A DNA stretch of 64,000 nt from Gemmatimonadota bacterium (GTDB lineage: Bacteria > Gemmatimonadota > Gemmatimonadetes > Longimicrobiales > Gaopeijiaceae), in assembly GCA_021295835.1 (NCBI GenBank), contig JAGWBP010000007.1:36095-100094 (forward strand). The letters run 5' to 3'. The notes below the pieces were generated by a model. The model ran no database searches. It was not told the origin of the DNA and worked only from the letters and a program-made list of their open reading frames with translations. Of the stretch, positions 33,709-43,090 are shown piece after piece; positions within the stretch are counted from its first letter, which is position 1; every line of letters begins with the position of its first letter. Both the position numbers and the translations under genes were made by a program.

Positions 33709-36096
33709 CTACCTCGGCTCGGTCCGCGGCGGCCAATCCAGGGATGTCGCCAGCGCCTCCCACTCCCGCGTCCGCTCCACGCGGCGGGCCATCGCCGCCG
33801 AGTCGGTCATGAGCTTCGGGTCCTGGGCCAGGGCGTAGTTCATCCAGGCGTAGTAATTCGGAATGCCGAGGGTGGAGCGGTCGGGCCAGTGCCGCCAATC
33901 TCCCGGGATTCCCGAGTGGTGCATGAAGACGCTGTCGGCGAGTAGCCGGGTGCGCTCAATGTCGAGCCATGTCCCGAGCACCGCCCCGCTGCCGCGAGTG
34001 TCGGCGTTGCGCCGCACCCCGCGCGCCGCCAGCTCCGCTGGATTGCCCGGCCAGAGGCGGAAGGCGAGCCCCTGTCGCATCACGTACTCGGTGATGCCGA
34101 AGGAGCTGGCCGGGTTGCTGGCCGAGGAGAAGTAGACAGGCCGGTCTCCGAGCGAGTTGCTGATCGCCGCCAGCGCAAACTGCTGCCATGGGAAGACGGC
34201 CTGCCCGCTGCGCATGCTGGCGGTCACCGGGCCCAGGGAGAAGGTGCGGCCCTCCTCGAGGCGGGCGTAGTTTCGGGCGACCTGCGCGATTCTGACGTCG
34301 TCCAGAGCCTCGGGGAAGGCACCGCGCTCCGGCTTCCGCACCGGCGAGTCCAGGAGGATCGCGATCTTTCCGGCCGCTTCGGCCTCTGCCGGATCGTGCG
34401 TGTACATCGCGTCGGTGTTCTCGGCGGTGTACGGTCGCTGGCAGAGGATGCGGGTGGGGTAGGCGTCGGGATCCTGTCCGGGCTCGCAGGGGCGTGTCAG
34501 GTCCCGGAGCTGCCTCACGTACCAGGCGGTGTTGAGGTACGAGCCGACCAGGACGGTGACGTCGCGGCGGATGCCCTCGGCCTCCTGCAGGTACCAGAGC
34601 GGAAAGGTGTCGTTGTCGCCGTTGGTGAAGATTATCCCGTACGGCTCGACGCTCATCAGCAGGTTGTAGGCCCAGTCGCGGGCCGCGTAGTCGCCGCGGC
34701 GACTCGCCCACCCGAAATTCAACACCAGCGGGATCAGAGCCAGGGCGAGGACCGGCGACGCTGCGGTCAGGGAGCGCCCCACACGCTGGCTGACCTGGTG
34801 CCAGAGGGTGGCGATACCGATCCCGGCCATGAGTCCCCACACCGAGAAGCCGACGACGAAGAAGTAGTCGCGCTCGCGCACCTCCCGGAGATCCCTGCCG
34901 TGCGAGGCATTCGCCTGCTCCATCGCGATCCTGAGATCCTCCCCCTCCGGGAGCGGCATCGAGTAGCCGTGCTTGAAGTTCAGGTAGAAGACAAGCCCCC
35001 CCGAGAGGACGGCGAAGAGGGAGATGAAGTAGATCCAGCTCTCCCGGTCCCGGCGGTAGTGCTCGATTAGTCCCAGCACCCCGAGCCCGATGAAGAGCAG
35101 GGTGAAGGGGACCCGGTAGCGCCCGAAGGTGGAGTCCACTGCGGAGAGCGAGCGAGCCCACTGCCAGTCGAAGTACTGCAGCCAGTTGCCGACCTGGGCG
35201 ACGAGCGGTGCCTGCCGCTCGGCGAGGGGCGGCTTCTGGTACTGCTTGCGCTGGATCGCGTCCGATAGATCCGCGCAGCCAGCGTTCCCGTAGGTGACCA
35301 CGCTCACGACCGCCTCGCCGATATTCTCGCACGTTGGCTGCGCCTGGTTGATCACTGGATCCAGGCCGGAGCGGATCGGAAGGAATAGGTGGATCGAGAG
35401 CCCGAGGACGACGGCGGGGACTCCGACGAGGTAGAGCCGGTAGCTCGCCAGCGCGCGCGGCCGCACGAATAGCACGAAGAGGAGGAGCGCCGGGGCGGCG
35501 AGGAAGGCCATGAGGTGGTTGCCGACCGAGAGCGCCAGGATGAAGGCCATCAGGACGAGGATTTTGTCGTCGCCGGGACGGCCGAGCTTCTCCTGCCACC
35601 TGAAGGCGAGCCAGGTTAGCAGCGCAATGGTGAGGAGCGAGACGGTGTAGACCTTCTCGTTGACGTTGGACTGGTTCCAGACGGTGAAGGCGGTGGCGCT
35701 CACGAGCACGGCGGCGAATGCGCCGATCAGGCGGAAGCGGCGGTCATCGGAGAAGTGGCGCAGGATGTGGTGCGCGACTAGAAACCAGAGTCCGTGCGCC
35801 AGCGATCCCATGAGCGCCGAGAAGAGGTTGACGCTGACGGCGGTCGAGAGCCCGAAGGCCCCGAGGAGCGCCTCCCAGCTGCGGGCCATGACTACGAAGA
35901 GCGGATTGCCCGGCGGGTGCGGAATTCCCAGGATGCGGGTCGTCGCGATGTACTCGCTCGCGTCCCAGAAGGCCGTAGTCGGCGCCAGGGTGACGGCGTA
36001 GAGAAGCCCGACCGCGGCCGCCGCCACACCGGCCCAGAGGTAGGGCGGGGAGTGATCGGGTACGGTGCCGGGCACCTGATTGCGGGTATTGTCCAC
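33709..36096 (-). CDS. DUF2723 (TMEM260-like, GT-C fold glycosyltransferase-like) membrane protein
   Basis: 795 aa. It has the hallmark N-terminus TLAPTTAFWDASEYIATTRILGIPHPPGNPLFVV, many TM helices and a large C-terminal soluble domain. Confidence 0.8.
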   Translation of the reverse strand: MDNTRNQVPGTVPDHSPPYLWAGVAAAAVGLLYAVTLAPTTAFWDASEYIATTRILGIPHPPGNPLFVVMARSWEALLGAFGLSTAVSVNLFSALMGSLAHGLWFLVAHHILRHFSDDRRFRLIGAFAAVLVSATAFTVWNQSNVNEKVYTVSLLTIALLTWLAFRWQEKLGRPGDDKILVLMAFILALSVGNHLMAFLAAPALLLFVLFVRPRALASYRLYLVGVPAVVLGLSIHLFLPIRSGLDPVINQAQPTCENIGEAVVSVVTYGNAGCADLSDAIQRKQYQKPPLAERQAPLVAQVGNWLQYFDWQWARSLSAVDSTFGRYRVPFTLLFIGLGVLGLIEHYRRDRESWIYFISLFAVLSGGLVFYLNFKHGYSMPLPEGEDLRIAMEQANASHGRDLREVRERDYFFVVGFSVWGLMAGIGIATLWHQVSQRVGRSLTAASPVLALALIPLVLNFGWASRRGDYAARDWAYNLLMSVEPYGIIFTNGDNDTFPLWYLQEAEGIRRDVTVLVGSYLNTAWYVRQLRDLTRPCEPGQDPDAYPTRILCQRPYTAENTDAMYTHDPAEAEAAGKIAILLDSPVRKPERGAFPEALDDVRIAQVARNYARLEEGRTFSLGPVTASMRSGQAVFPWQQFALAAISNSLGDRPVYFSSASNPASSFGITEYVMRQGLAFRLWPGNPAELAARGVRRNADTRGSGAVLGTWLDIERTRLLADSVFMHHSGIPGDWRHWPDRSTLGIPNYYAWMNYALAQDPKLMTDSAAMARRVERTREWEALATSLDWPPRTEPR

Positions 36097-36127
36097 CGTT
36101 GCCGTCCCTTCGGCAGTGGCGTGTCGG

Positions 36128-37498
36128 CTACTGCCCCGACGCCAGCTCGTCGTAGAGGTGAATCAGCGTCTCGATTCCCTTCTCGAAGCACTCGGTGGCG
36201 AACCACTCGTTGGGGGCGTGCATGTTGGCACCGGGAAGGGCGAAGCCGATCAGGAGCGGGTTCGCGCCGAGGATCTCCTCGAACTCCATGACTATCGGTA
36301 TACTGCCACCCTCGCCGGTGAGCACCGGGGCCACCCCGAACGAGCGCTCCAGGGCGCTGGCGGCCGCCTCGAAGTGCGGACCGTCGACCGGAGCCAGCCA
36401 GGGACGTCCGCCGTGCAGCTCCACGAGCTCGAAGTCAACGCCATCGTGCCCATTGGCGTCGATGTGTTCCCGCAGCAGGGCGGCAACCCGATCGGGGGAC
36501 TGGTCGGGCACCAAGCGCATGCTGACCTTCGCCATCGCACTTGCCGGAAGCACGGTCTTTGCGCCCTCGCCCGTGTATCCCGAGAGGATCCCGTTCACGT
36601 CGCACGATGGGCGCGTCCAGAGGCGCTCGAGCGGAGTGTAGCCGTCCTCGCCGCCCGAAGCCGTCGTCCCGACCTCTTCTGCGTACTCCTCGGCGTCGAA
36701 GGGCAGGGCGCGGATGCCGGCGAGCGTCTCCTCGGGCGGAACCGCCACATCGTCGTAGAATCCGTTGACGGCGATGCGGCCGCCCTCGTCGTGCAGCGAG
36801 GCGACGAGGCGGACCAAGGCGTTCGCCGGATTCGGGACCGCGCCGCCGTAGGCACCGGAGTGCAGATCGGTGCTGGGGCCGGTGGCGTGGATCTCGAAGT
36901 ACGCCAGGCCCCTGAGCGAGAATAGGAGCGACGGGAGGCCGGGGGCAAACATCGAAGAGTCCGAGATCACCACCGTTTCGGCGGCGAGACGGTCGCGGTG
37001 CTCCTTCACGAAGGGCACTAGGTTGGGCGACCCGACCTCCTCCTCGCCCTCGGCCAGGACGACCACATTGACCGGGAGGCGGCCCCGGATGGCCAGGTGC
37101 GCTTCGAGGGCCTTGAGGTGAAGGAAGAGCTGCCCCTTGTCGTCGGCGGCACCGCGCGCGTAGATGCGGCCGTCGCGGAGGCTGGGCTCAAATGGGGGCG
37201 TCTCCCAGAGCTCGAGCGGCTCCGGAGGCTGCACGTCGTAGTGACCGTACACCAGAACGGTCGGCGCTTTGGGTCCCGCTCCCCGCCACTCTCCCACCAC
37301 CACCGGGTGGCCGGGCGTGGGGAAGATCTCGACCACCAGGCCAGCCCGCTGCAGTTGGTCCCGCACCCACTCGGCCGCCCTTCTGGTGTCGCCGTCGTGC
37401 TTCGAGTTGGCGGACACCGAGGGGATGCGCAGGAACCCGTCCAGCTCCCGGTAGAAGCGGGGGCGCTCCCTGCGGGCGAAGTCAACCGGCTGCTCCAT
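36128..37498 (-). CDS. M20-family dipeptidase (ArgE/DapE/ACY1/CPG2 family)
   Basis: 456 aa. Motifs: FLRIPSVSA, VLVYGHYDVQP, GRIYARGAADDKGQ and LAEGEEEVGS. Confidence 0.85.
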   Translation of the reverse strand: MEQPVDFARRERPRFYRELDGFLRIPSVSANSKHDGDTRRAAEWVRDQLQRAGLVVEIFPTPGHPVVVGEWRGAGPKAPTVLVYGHYDVQPPEPLELWETPPFEPSLRDGRIYARGAADDKGQLFLHLKALEAHLAIRGRLPVNVVVLAEGEEEVGSPNLVPFVKEHRDRLAAETVVISDSSMFAPGLPSLLFSLRGLAYFEIHATGPSTDLHSGAYGGAVPNPANALVRLVASLHDEGGRIAVNGFYDDVAVPPEETLAGIRALPFDAEEYAEEVGTTASGGEDGYTPLERLWTRPSCDVNGILSGYTGEGAKTVLPASAMAKVSMRLVPDQSPDRVAALLREHIDANGHDGVDFELVELHGGRPWLAPVDGPHFEAAASALERSFGVAPVLTGEGGSIPIVMEFEEILGANPLLIGFALPGANMHAPNEWFATECFEKGIETLIHLYDELASGQ

Positions 37499-37788
37499 GA
37501 CGCTAAAGCAAGCTCTCGTCGCCGCGGCTCACATCGGTAGACGAAGGTCATGAGCGCCGCAAAGGCCACCGCCCCGGCCATTCCACCCGGACTCAGCGCC
37601 ACCGGGCGGTCGAACTCCAGGATGCCCACGCCGAGCATCCCCCCGATCACCGCCGCGAAGGCACCCAGAGCACAGAGCACGGGCGTGTGTCCGGGCGAGG
37701 TCACGTCGAGGCGCACGACAATCTTCATCCCGAGGCCGATTGAGACGCCCATCACGACCCAGACGCCGACGCCGATCCAGTTTTCCAT
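37018..37788 (-). CDS. GlsB/YeaQ/YmgE-family small membrane protein homolog whose ORF lacks the expected stop
   Basis: The first ~85 codons (MENWIGVGVWVVMGVSIGLG...AVAFAALMTFVYR) look like the 3-TM transglycosylase-associated family. The frame then continues 171 more codons, with about 480 nt of it inside the M20 gene in another frame. Confidence 0.4.
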   Translation of the reverse strand: MENWIGVGVWVVMGVSIGLGMKIVVRLDVTSPGHTPVLCALGAFAAVIGGMLGVGILEFDRPVALSPGGMAGAVAFAALMTFVYRCEPRRRELALASWSSRLTSPAGSAPASTGSWTGSCASPRCPPTRSTTATPEGRPSGCGTNCSGLAWWSRSSPRPATRWWWESGGERDPKRRPFWCTVTTTCSLRSRSSSGRRPHLSPASATAASTRAVPPTTRGSSSFTSRPSKRTWPSGAASRSMWSSWPRARRRSGRPT

Positions 37789-37797
37789 GCCCTCAAT

Positions 37798-38442
37798 CTA
37801 CCGCACCCCCATCCGCCTCTTCAACTCCGCAAGACGCGCGTCGGCCTCCGCCTCTCGCACGGCCCGTTCGTCGACCACCGATCCGGCGTCGTCGAAGAGC
37901 GACTCCGCCGCCTCTCCACGGCGCTCGTCGCCGTCCACCTCGGCGGCCATCCCGTGCATCCTGGCAAAGAGGTCGTCCGCACCCGCGACCGACTCGCGGG
38001 CCCTCGTCCTTCCTACGCTGGCAGAGAGTGTGCCCGCCCGGGCGTGGGCGCGGCGAATCTGCTCCAGCATCTCGCGGTACTCCTCATCAAGGAGCTTGGC
38101 CTCGGCCTCGATTGCGCTGGCCTTGTCGGCGAGCACCCGTGCTCGCTCGCGGTGGCTCGCAGCGTACTTGGAAGCGAGGGCCGCAGTCTCTTCGTCGCCG
38201 ATCTCGAGTGCCATCGCCTCCCGGCGTCGACACGTCTCCGCGCTCTCCTCCTCCCTGTGCACCCGCTCCCGTGTGATCTCCAAGTCCTTCCTCAGGGCTT
38301 CGAGCGACGCCTTGGTCCGCGCGGCCTCGCCTTCCATGGAGTGGATCAGCCTGCGCACGGAGTCCGGCGTCGCGCCGGCGTCAAGCTCGCGCTGCATGTT
38401 TTCCACGGCCTCCCGGAAGGCTCGGCGAAGGTTGGCGAACAT
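37798..38442 (-). CDS. PspA/IM30-like coiled-coil protein
   Basis: 214 aa, highly helical and rich in E/R/A, with the PspA-like N-terminus MFANLRRAFREAVENMQRELD. It ends 9 nt upstream of the GlsB-like gene. Confidence 0.5.
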   Translation of the reverse strand: MFANLRRAFREAVENMQRELDAGATPDSVRRLIHSMEGEAARTKASLEALRKDLEITRERVHREEESAETCRRREAMALEIGDEETAALASKYAASHRERARVLADKASAIEAEAKLLDEEYREMLEQIRRAHARAGTLSASVGRTRARESVAGADDLFARMHGMAAEVDGDERRGEAAESLFDDAGSVVDERAVREAEADARLAELKRRMGVR

Positions 38443-38592
38443 CCCCGATCCTAACGGCTCGCCCGGCGCCCTGCCAGCGGCGAGCGGTCCGGCTGCCCGT
38501 GCGGCTCCCGGCGTCCAATGTCCGGTGCGGAGTTGTTGACCTGCCCGACGCGACTGCCGCCGGCAGGGCGAGCGGGCTCGCCGGCGTTGCGT

Positions 38593-39759
38593 TCACCGCT
38601 CCGCTACCGAGCGATGCGCTAGTGGGTGGAGCACTCCGCCCTCGGTGATGCCGTCGAAGATCGCGTGCTCCGGTGCCGGACGATCCCCGCGAGCTGCCAG
38701 GGCGCACTCGGCCGCGGCTTCGACGGCCGCCGTGGCTTCCGCCTCGATCTCCGCGAGGACCGAGGTGGGGATCCCCTCGTCGGCAAGGTACGCTTCGAAG
38801 AGGCCGATCGGGTCGCGGCGGCCCCACTCTTCGAAGAGCTCGGCCGGGAAGGTCTCGCGCGCCTCGCGTTCGTCGTGGGTGGCGTGTCCCCCCATCCTGA
38901 AGGTCTCGGCGACGACGATGGCGGGTCCGCGACCGTCGGCGCACCTCTCGCGGGCGATCGCGGCCGCCGCGTAGACATCGAGCACGTTGTTGCCGTCGCA
39001 CTCGAGCCCCGCGATGCCGTAGGCAGCCGGGAGGTCTTCGAGCCTGCCCGCCCCGTGCTCTCCGAGACGGGTGCCCAACGCGACCTGGTTGTTCTGGATT
39101 ACGACGATCGCCGGCACGCCCCACCGCGACGCGCTGACCAGCCCCTCGTGGCAGGCGGCGGTCCTAGTCGCTCCGTCGCCCGCCCAGGTGAGCGCCACAC
39201 GATCCTCACCCCGGTTCCTGAAGGCGAGCGCCGCCCCGGCCGCAATCGTCACGCTGGTGCCCATATGGCTGATCGGCTGGATCACCCCCCTGGCGACGTC
39301 GCCGTAGTGGAAGTCTCGCCCGCCGCTCGGGCTGTTGGACGTCCCCAGGTACGAGGTGAAGCCGTATTCGAGCGCTAGCCCCATCATGTGGCAGGCCCCC
39401 GCGTTCCTGATCATCGGGATCACCACGTCTCGAGAGCGGTCGAGCGCCGCGACGCATCCAACCGTGACGGCCTCCTCGCCGACCCCCAGCCACGCCTTGC
39501 TGATAACCCCCTGTCGCACCCACCGCTTGAGGCCGATGTCCTGCAAGCGGGTGAGGAGAAGGTCCCGGTAGATGTCTAGGAGCGCCGCTTCGCCCAGCCC
39601 TTGCACCCGGGCCCAGCGCCGGTGATCGTGCTCGATGCGCTGCCGGTATTCGCGGACCAGTTCCGGGTCCGGCCGCCACTGATGGTACTCGGGCGGGTCG
39701 AAGGCACTGTATCGCTTCACGGCGCTCGCCTCCCCATACTGTAATGTATGAGATGACAC
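38593..39759 (-). CDS. Thiamine-diphosphate-dependent 2-oxoacid dehydrogenase E1 component, alpha subunit
   Basis: The TPP-binding region is GDGATRTAACHEGLVSASRWGVPAIVVIQNN. No E1-beta or E2 gene is adjacent. The start is ambiguous: GTG 39759 would overlap the divergent gene, and in-frame GTG 39720 is the alternative. Confidence 0.75.
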   Translation of the reverse strand: MSSHTLQYGEASAVKRYSAFDPPEYHQWRPDPELVREYRQRIEHDHRRWARVQGLGEAALLDIYRDLLLTRLQDIGLKRWVRQGVISKAWLGVGEEAVTVGCVAALDRSRDVVIPMIRNAGACHMMGLALEYGFTSYLGTSNSPSGGRDFHYGDVARGVIQPISHMGTSVTIAAGAALAFRNRGEDRVALTWAGDGATRTAACHEGLVSASRWGVPAIVVIQNNQVALGTRLGEHGAGRLEDLPAAYGIAGLECDGNNVLDVYAAAAIARERCADGRGPAIVVAETFRMGGHATHDEREARETFPAELFEEWGRRDPIGLFEAYLADEGIPTSVLAEIEAEATAAVEAAAECALAARGDRPAPEHAIFDGITEGGVLHPLAHRSVAER

Positions 39760-40475
39760 CGCAGATGCGCGAAGCCGCGGTCGAGCGCAGGCAGGATCGC
39801 CGCCTTGCGCGGCGCTTCAGCCCGTTCCGCCACCTGGGACCGGAGCCCGTCGATGGAGCCGACGAGGAGGCCGAGATCCTGAGGGAGGCGATTGGCCGCA
39901 CCGAGGGCCTTCAGCCGTGGCGTCGTGCGACCCACATGGCTAGCGGCGTTGGGATCGCCGCGGCTGTGCACCTCGGGGATCCGGACTCCGCCGTGCCGGT
40001 CGTCGGACTGGCGTGCGCGGCCGCGATGGCCGTGGCGCTGGACGTGATGCGGCTTCGCTCCGCAGCCCTCAACACGGTCTTCTACCGGTGGTTCCGCACA
40101 CTGGCGTCTCCGCGCGAGGCCCGCCGCCCGGTGTCGTCCACCTGGTACCTGATCGGCGCGCTGGCGACGGTGACGATTGCGCCGCCTTCGTGGTCGGTGC
40201 CGGCGATCCTCGTCCTGGCCGTCGCGGACCCCGTCGCGAGCGTCGTCGGTCGCCTCTGGGGCAGGCGATCGCTGGGCAAGGGAACTTGGGAGGGTTCGGT
40301 GGCCTTCTACGCGGTCTCGGTGGCTGTCCTGACCCCGTTCTTCGGCGTCCCCGTCGCGCTCGCGGCGGGGATGTTCGCCGCCGCCGCGGAGGTCGCGCCT
40401 ACGGGCATCGACGACAACCTCACCGTACCGCTGGCGACGCTCCTGGCGCTGTGGGTCGTAGGGGCACCCGTGTAG
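39744..40475 (+). CDS. Polyprenol/dolichol-kinase-like or CDP-alcohol-type membrane protein (CTP_transf_1-like)
   Basis: Multi-TM ORF ending with a motif typical of phytol/dolichol kinase-like proteins (VADPVASVVGRLWGRRSLG...GSVAF...DNLTVPL). Start options are ATG 39744, 39753 and 39765. The TAG stop lies in a repeat fragment. Confidence 0.55.
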   Translation: MYEMTPQMREAAVERRQDRRLARRFSPFRHLGPEPVDGADEEAEILREAIGRTEGLQPWRRATHMASGVGIAAAVHLGDPDSAVPVVGLACAAAMAVALDVMRLRSAALNTVFYRWFRTLASPREARRPVSSTWYLIGALATVTIAPPSWSVPAILVLAVADPVASVVGRLWGRRSLGKGTWEGSVAFYAVSVAVLTPFFGVPVALAAGMFAAAAEVAPTGIDDNLTVPLATLLALWVVGAPV

Positions 40476-40489
40476 CAGCCCGTGGACAG
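40473..40489. repeat. Reverse alpha-module fragment TAGCAGCCCGTGGACAG
   Basis: It is identical to the corresponding part of 21109-21124 and to the reverse complement of 49546-49562. Its TAG is the stop codon of the upstream gene. Confidence 0.6.
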
Positions 40490-40538
40490 CCCGCATGTTA
40501 TCGTCGCTGGCGATCCATGCGCACATCGGTCCCCGCGA

Positions 40539-43025
40539 TCAGTTCCCGACCATCTTCACGCGCATGTACCAGATCCGTCCGGCGACGCCGTAGGGCGACT
40601 CCGAGGGGTATTCCATCGTCCAGAGCTGGGCCACGGCGGCGTCCGGGAGCCTGTTAGGCAGCTTGTCCAGCAGGTTGTTGGCACCGAGCCCCAGGAGGAT
40701 CCGGTCGGCCACCCTTAGCGTGACCTCCAGGTCGGCGATTGCCGCGGTTTCGATCGTGATGTTCTCCTCGAAGATGAACGGGGTCGTGACCGATCCTATG
40801 TGGTTCACGCTGAATCTGGCCCCGAAGCCACGGACGGAACGGATGTCGGCGCTCACGCCGATCCGGCGTCCGGGCTGCGCCTGCTCGATCAGCGTCTGCT
40901 GCGTGGCACCGATGAAGTTCGTGTTCCGGTTGGCGGTGATCTCCGTGTTGTTCCGGTGCAGGCTGGCCGACAGATCCGCGGCACCCCAAGCCATCCCGCG
41001 CAACCGCCAGTTGGCGACTAGGTCGAGTCCCTGGGTGCGTGTGTCTATTGCATTGGTCCAGAACGCCACGGCGTCCACTGGCCGGCCCTGGAATCGGGCG
41101 TCGGGACGAAGCCCGTGGCTCGGGTCGAGGCTCTGGGTCAGTGCGATTGCGTCGGCGACCGCCACGCGGTAGTAGTCGGCGGTCAGGAGGAGGCCGTTGT
41201 CGCTGGAATAGACGAGCCCGCCAGTGAAGCTCAGCGACGTCTCGTGGCTCAGGGAACAGGCCCCGAAGTCGTCGCACGCCAACGGGTCGCCTTCGGGAAG
41301 GAATCCGGCGCTCACCAGACCCTTACCTCCACCCACGAAGCCGATCGTGTTGAAGCCCCGCTGGGGCAGGCGCGGCGCACGGAAGCCGGTGGAGACCGCA
41401 GCCCGCACGGCCGCCCCCGACTCGCCGAGTTCGACGCGGCCGGCCACCTTGCCGGTGAGCGAGCTGCCGGCGTCGGTGTACTGCTCGAAGCGCAAGGCGC
41501 CGCCCAGCGTTGCGGCGTCGGACGGGTGCAACTCCATGTCCGCGTAGGCTCCGAAGCTGTTGCGATCCCGTTCGCTCAGCGAAGCCGAGGAGGGGCTGTA
41601 GCCGGGGTAGCCCTGGATCCCGCAGCTCGCCAACACGGACCCGTCGTTCTGTTGGTGGGCGGCCGGAAAGCTGCCGGGGGTGTCGCTCGGTCCGCATGCC
41701 CACGAGGCCCGATCGCCGGCCTCCATCCAGTACGAGTCCCTCCGAAAGGCACCGCCCAACGCCAGAAATGCAGGCGTCGAGCCCACTTCGAGCTCCCGTG
41801 TCGCGTCGGCGTTCAGCGTCCACTGGCGCACGTTCAGCCCCCCGCTGAAGGTGTTGCGCGGTCCCGCGTTTGCCGCGATGGACGCGCCGTCCGCCCCGGG
41901 ATTGTTGGCCAGGTACTCGGCCGCGTAGGACGGGTTGATGGAGTTGGCGGCACCGAAGGCGAACCGGCCATGACCGAAGCCGAGACTGAGATCGCCCGAC
42001 CACCCGCCCACGAAACCGCGCAGCCCCGCCACCGCCGACCTGTCGGTCAGGTCCGACTCCTCGATGGGGAAGAAACCGTCCGGATAGACGTAGCTGACAG
42101 TGCGCGGCACCCAGTCGGCCTTCCGGTACAGGCCGTCGGAGACCGCTTCGCGGACGGAGTAGCCCCCGAAGGCGTAGAACTCGGCCGATTCACCGAGGGG
42201 AATTGCCGCATTGGCCATGAAGCCCGCGCCCTTGTAGTCGGGCTCGCCGTTGCGCTGCAGCCGGATGACCTTGCCTCCATCCGCGCAGGGGCCGTAGGAC
42301 GGGTCGGGACCGAAGCAGGTGGGCGCAGCACCCGCCCGGTTCGTCGCCTCCTGCCTCGCCGCCTCGACGGTGACATTGAGGAATCCGTCCCCGAGGGACA
42401 CACCGGCGTTGGCTGATGTGATCAGCCTCATCCCGTCGCCCCGGGACGTTCGTCCGAGAAAGGTCGCCGCGCTGATCCCGCCGGCGTCGTCCTTGAGCAC
42501 GATGTTGATCACGCCGGCGACTGCGTCCGAGCCGTATTGCGAGGCGGCGCCCTCGCGTAGCACCTCAATCCGCTTGATCGCGTGCACGGGAATCGCGCGG
42601 AGGTCGGTGCCGGTCGTGCCTTGCCCCGAAACCGCGAGCACCTTGGCAAACGCGACCCCGTGCCGCCGCTTGCCGTTGACCAGTATCAGCACCTGGTCGC
42701 CGTTCATGCCGCGTAGCGTGGCCACGTGCAGGGCGGCGCCGTCTCCTGCGGAGAGGCGGGTGGAGTTGAAGGAGGGAGCGATCTCTCCCAGGACTTCGGC
42801 GAGATCGACTTCCCCCAAGCGTGCAATCTCCTCGGCACCGTAGATGTCGACCGGGACGGGGAGCGTGGCCGGGTCCGCCACGCCCGCCCGCGAACCGACG
42901 ACCACTTCGATTTCCTCAACGTCCAGGATGGTGTCCGGAGGTTCCTGCGCCGACCCGGTCGCATCGGTGAGCGGAAACGCAATGAGGCAGCCGATCAGCA
43001 CCGCGATGGTTGGGGTTCCCTGCAT
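40539..43025 (-). CDS. TonB-dependent outer-membrane receptor
   Basis: I chose ATG 43025 (AAGAAAGGGGGG upstream). It has a signal peptide, a plug domain (VVVGSRAG...LRGMNGDQVLILVNGKRRH) and a long beta-barrel with TBDR-like C-terminal strands. Confidence 0.85.
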   Translation of the reverse strand: MQGTPTIAVLIGCLIAFPLTDATGSAQEPPDTILDVEEIEVVVGSRAGVADPATLPVPVDIYGAEEIARLGEVDLAEVLGEIAPSFNSTRLSAGDGAALHVATLRGMNGDQVLILVNGKRRHGVAFAKVLAVSGQGTTGTDLRAIPVHAIKRIEVLREGAASQYGSDAVAGVINIVLKDDAGGISAATFLGRTSRGDGMRLITSANAGVSLGDGFLNVTVEAARQEATNRAGAAPTCFGPDPSYGPCADGGKVIRLQRNGEPDYKGAGFMANAAIPLGESAEFYAFGGYSVREAVSDGLYRKADWVPRTVSYVYPDGFFPIEESDLTDRSAVAGLRGFVGGWSGDLSLGFGHGRFAFGAANSINPSYAAEYLANNPGADGASIAANAGPRNTFSGGLNVRQWTLNADATRELEVGSTPAFLALGGAFRRDSYWMEAGDRASWACGPSDTPGSFPAAHQQNDGSVLASCGIQGYPGYSPSSASLSERDRNSFGAYADMELHPSDAATLGGALRFEQYTDAGSSLTGKVAGRVELGESGAAVRAAVSTGFRAPRLPQRGFNTIGFVGGGKGLVSAGFLPEGDPLACDDFGACSLSHETSLSFTGGLVYSSDNGLLLTADYYRVAVADAIALTQSLDPSHGLRPDARFQGRPVDAVAFWTNAIDTRTQGLDLVANWRLRGMAWGAADLSASLHRNNTEITANRNTNFIGATQQTLIEQAQPGRRIGVSADIRSVRGFGARFSVNHIGSVTTPFIFEENITIETAAIADLEVTLRVADRILLGLGANNLLDKLPNRLPDAAVAQLWTMEYPSESPYGVAGRIWYMRVKMVGN

Positions 43026-43090
43026 ACGCCCCCCTTTCTTGTCAGACTCGGTGTTCGAACTCGCCTTCGAGGGGCACGCCGGACGGTCGG

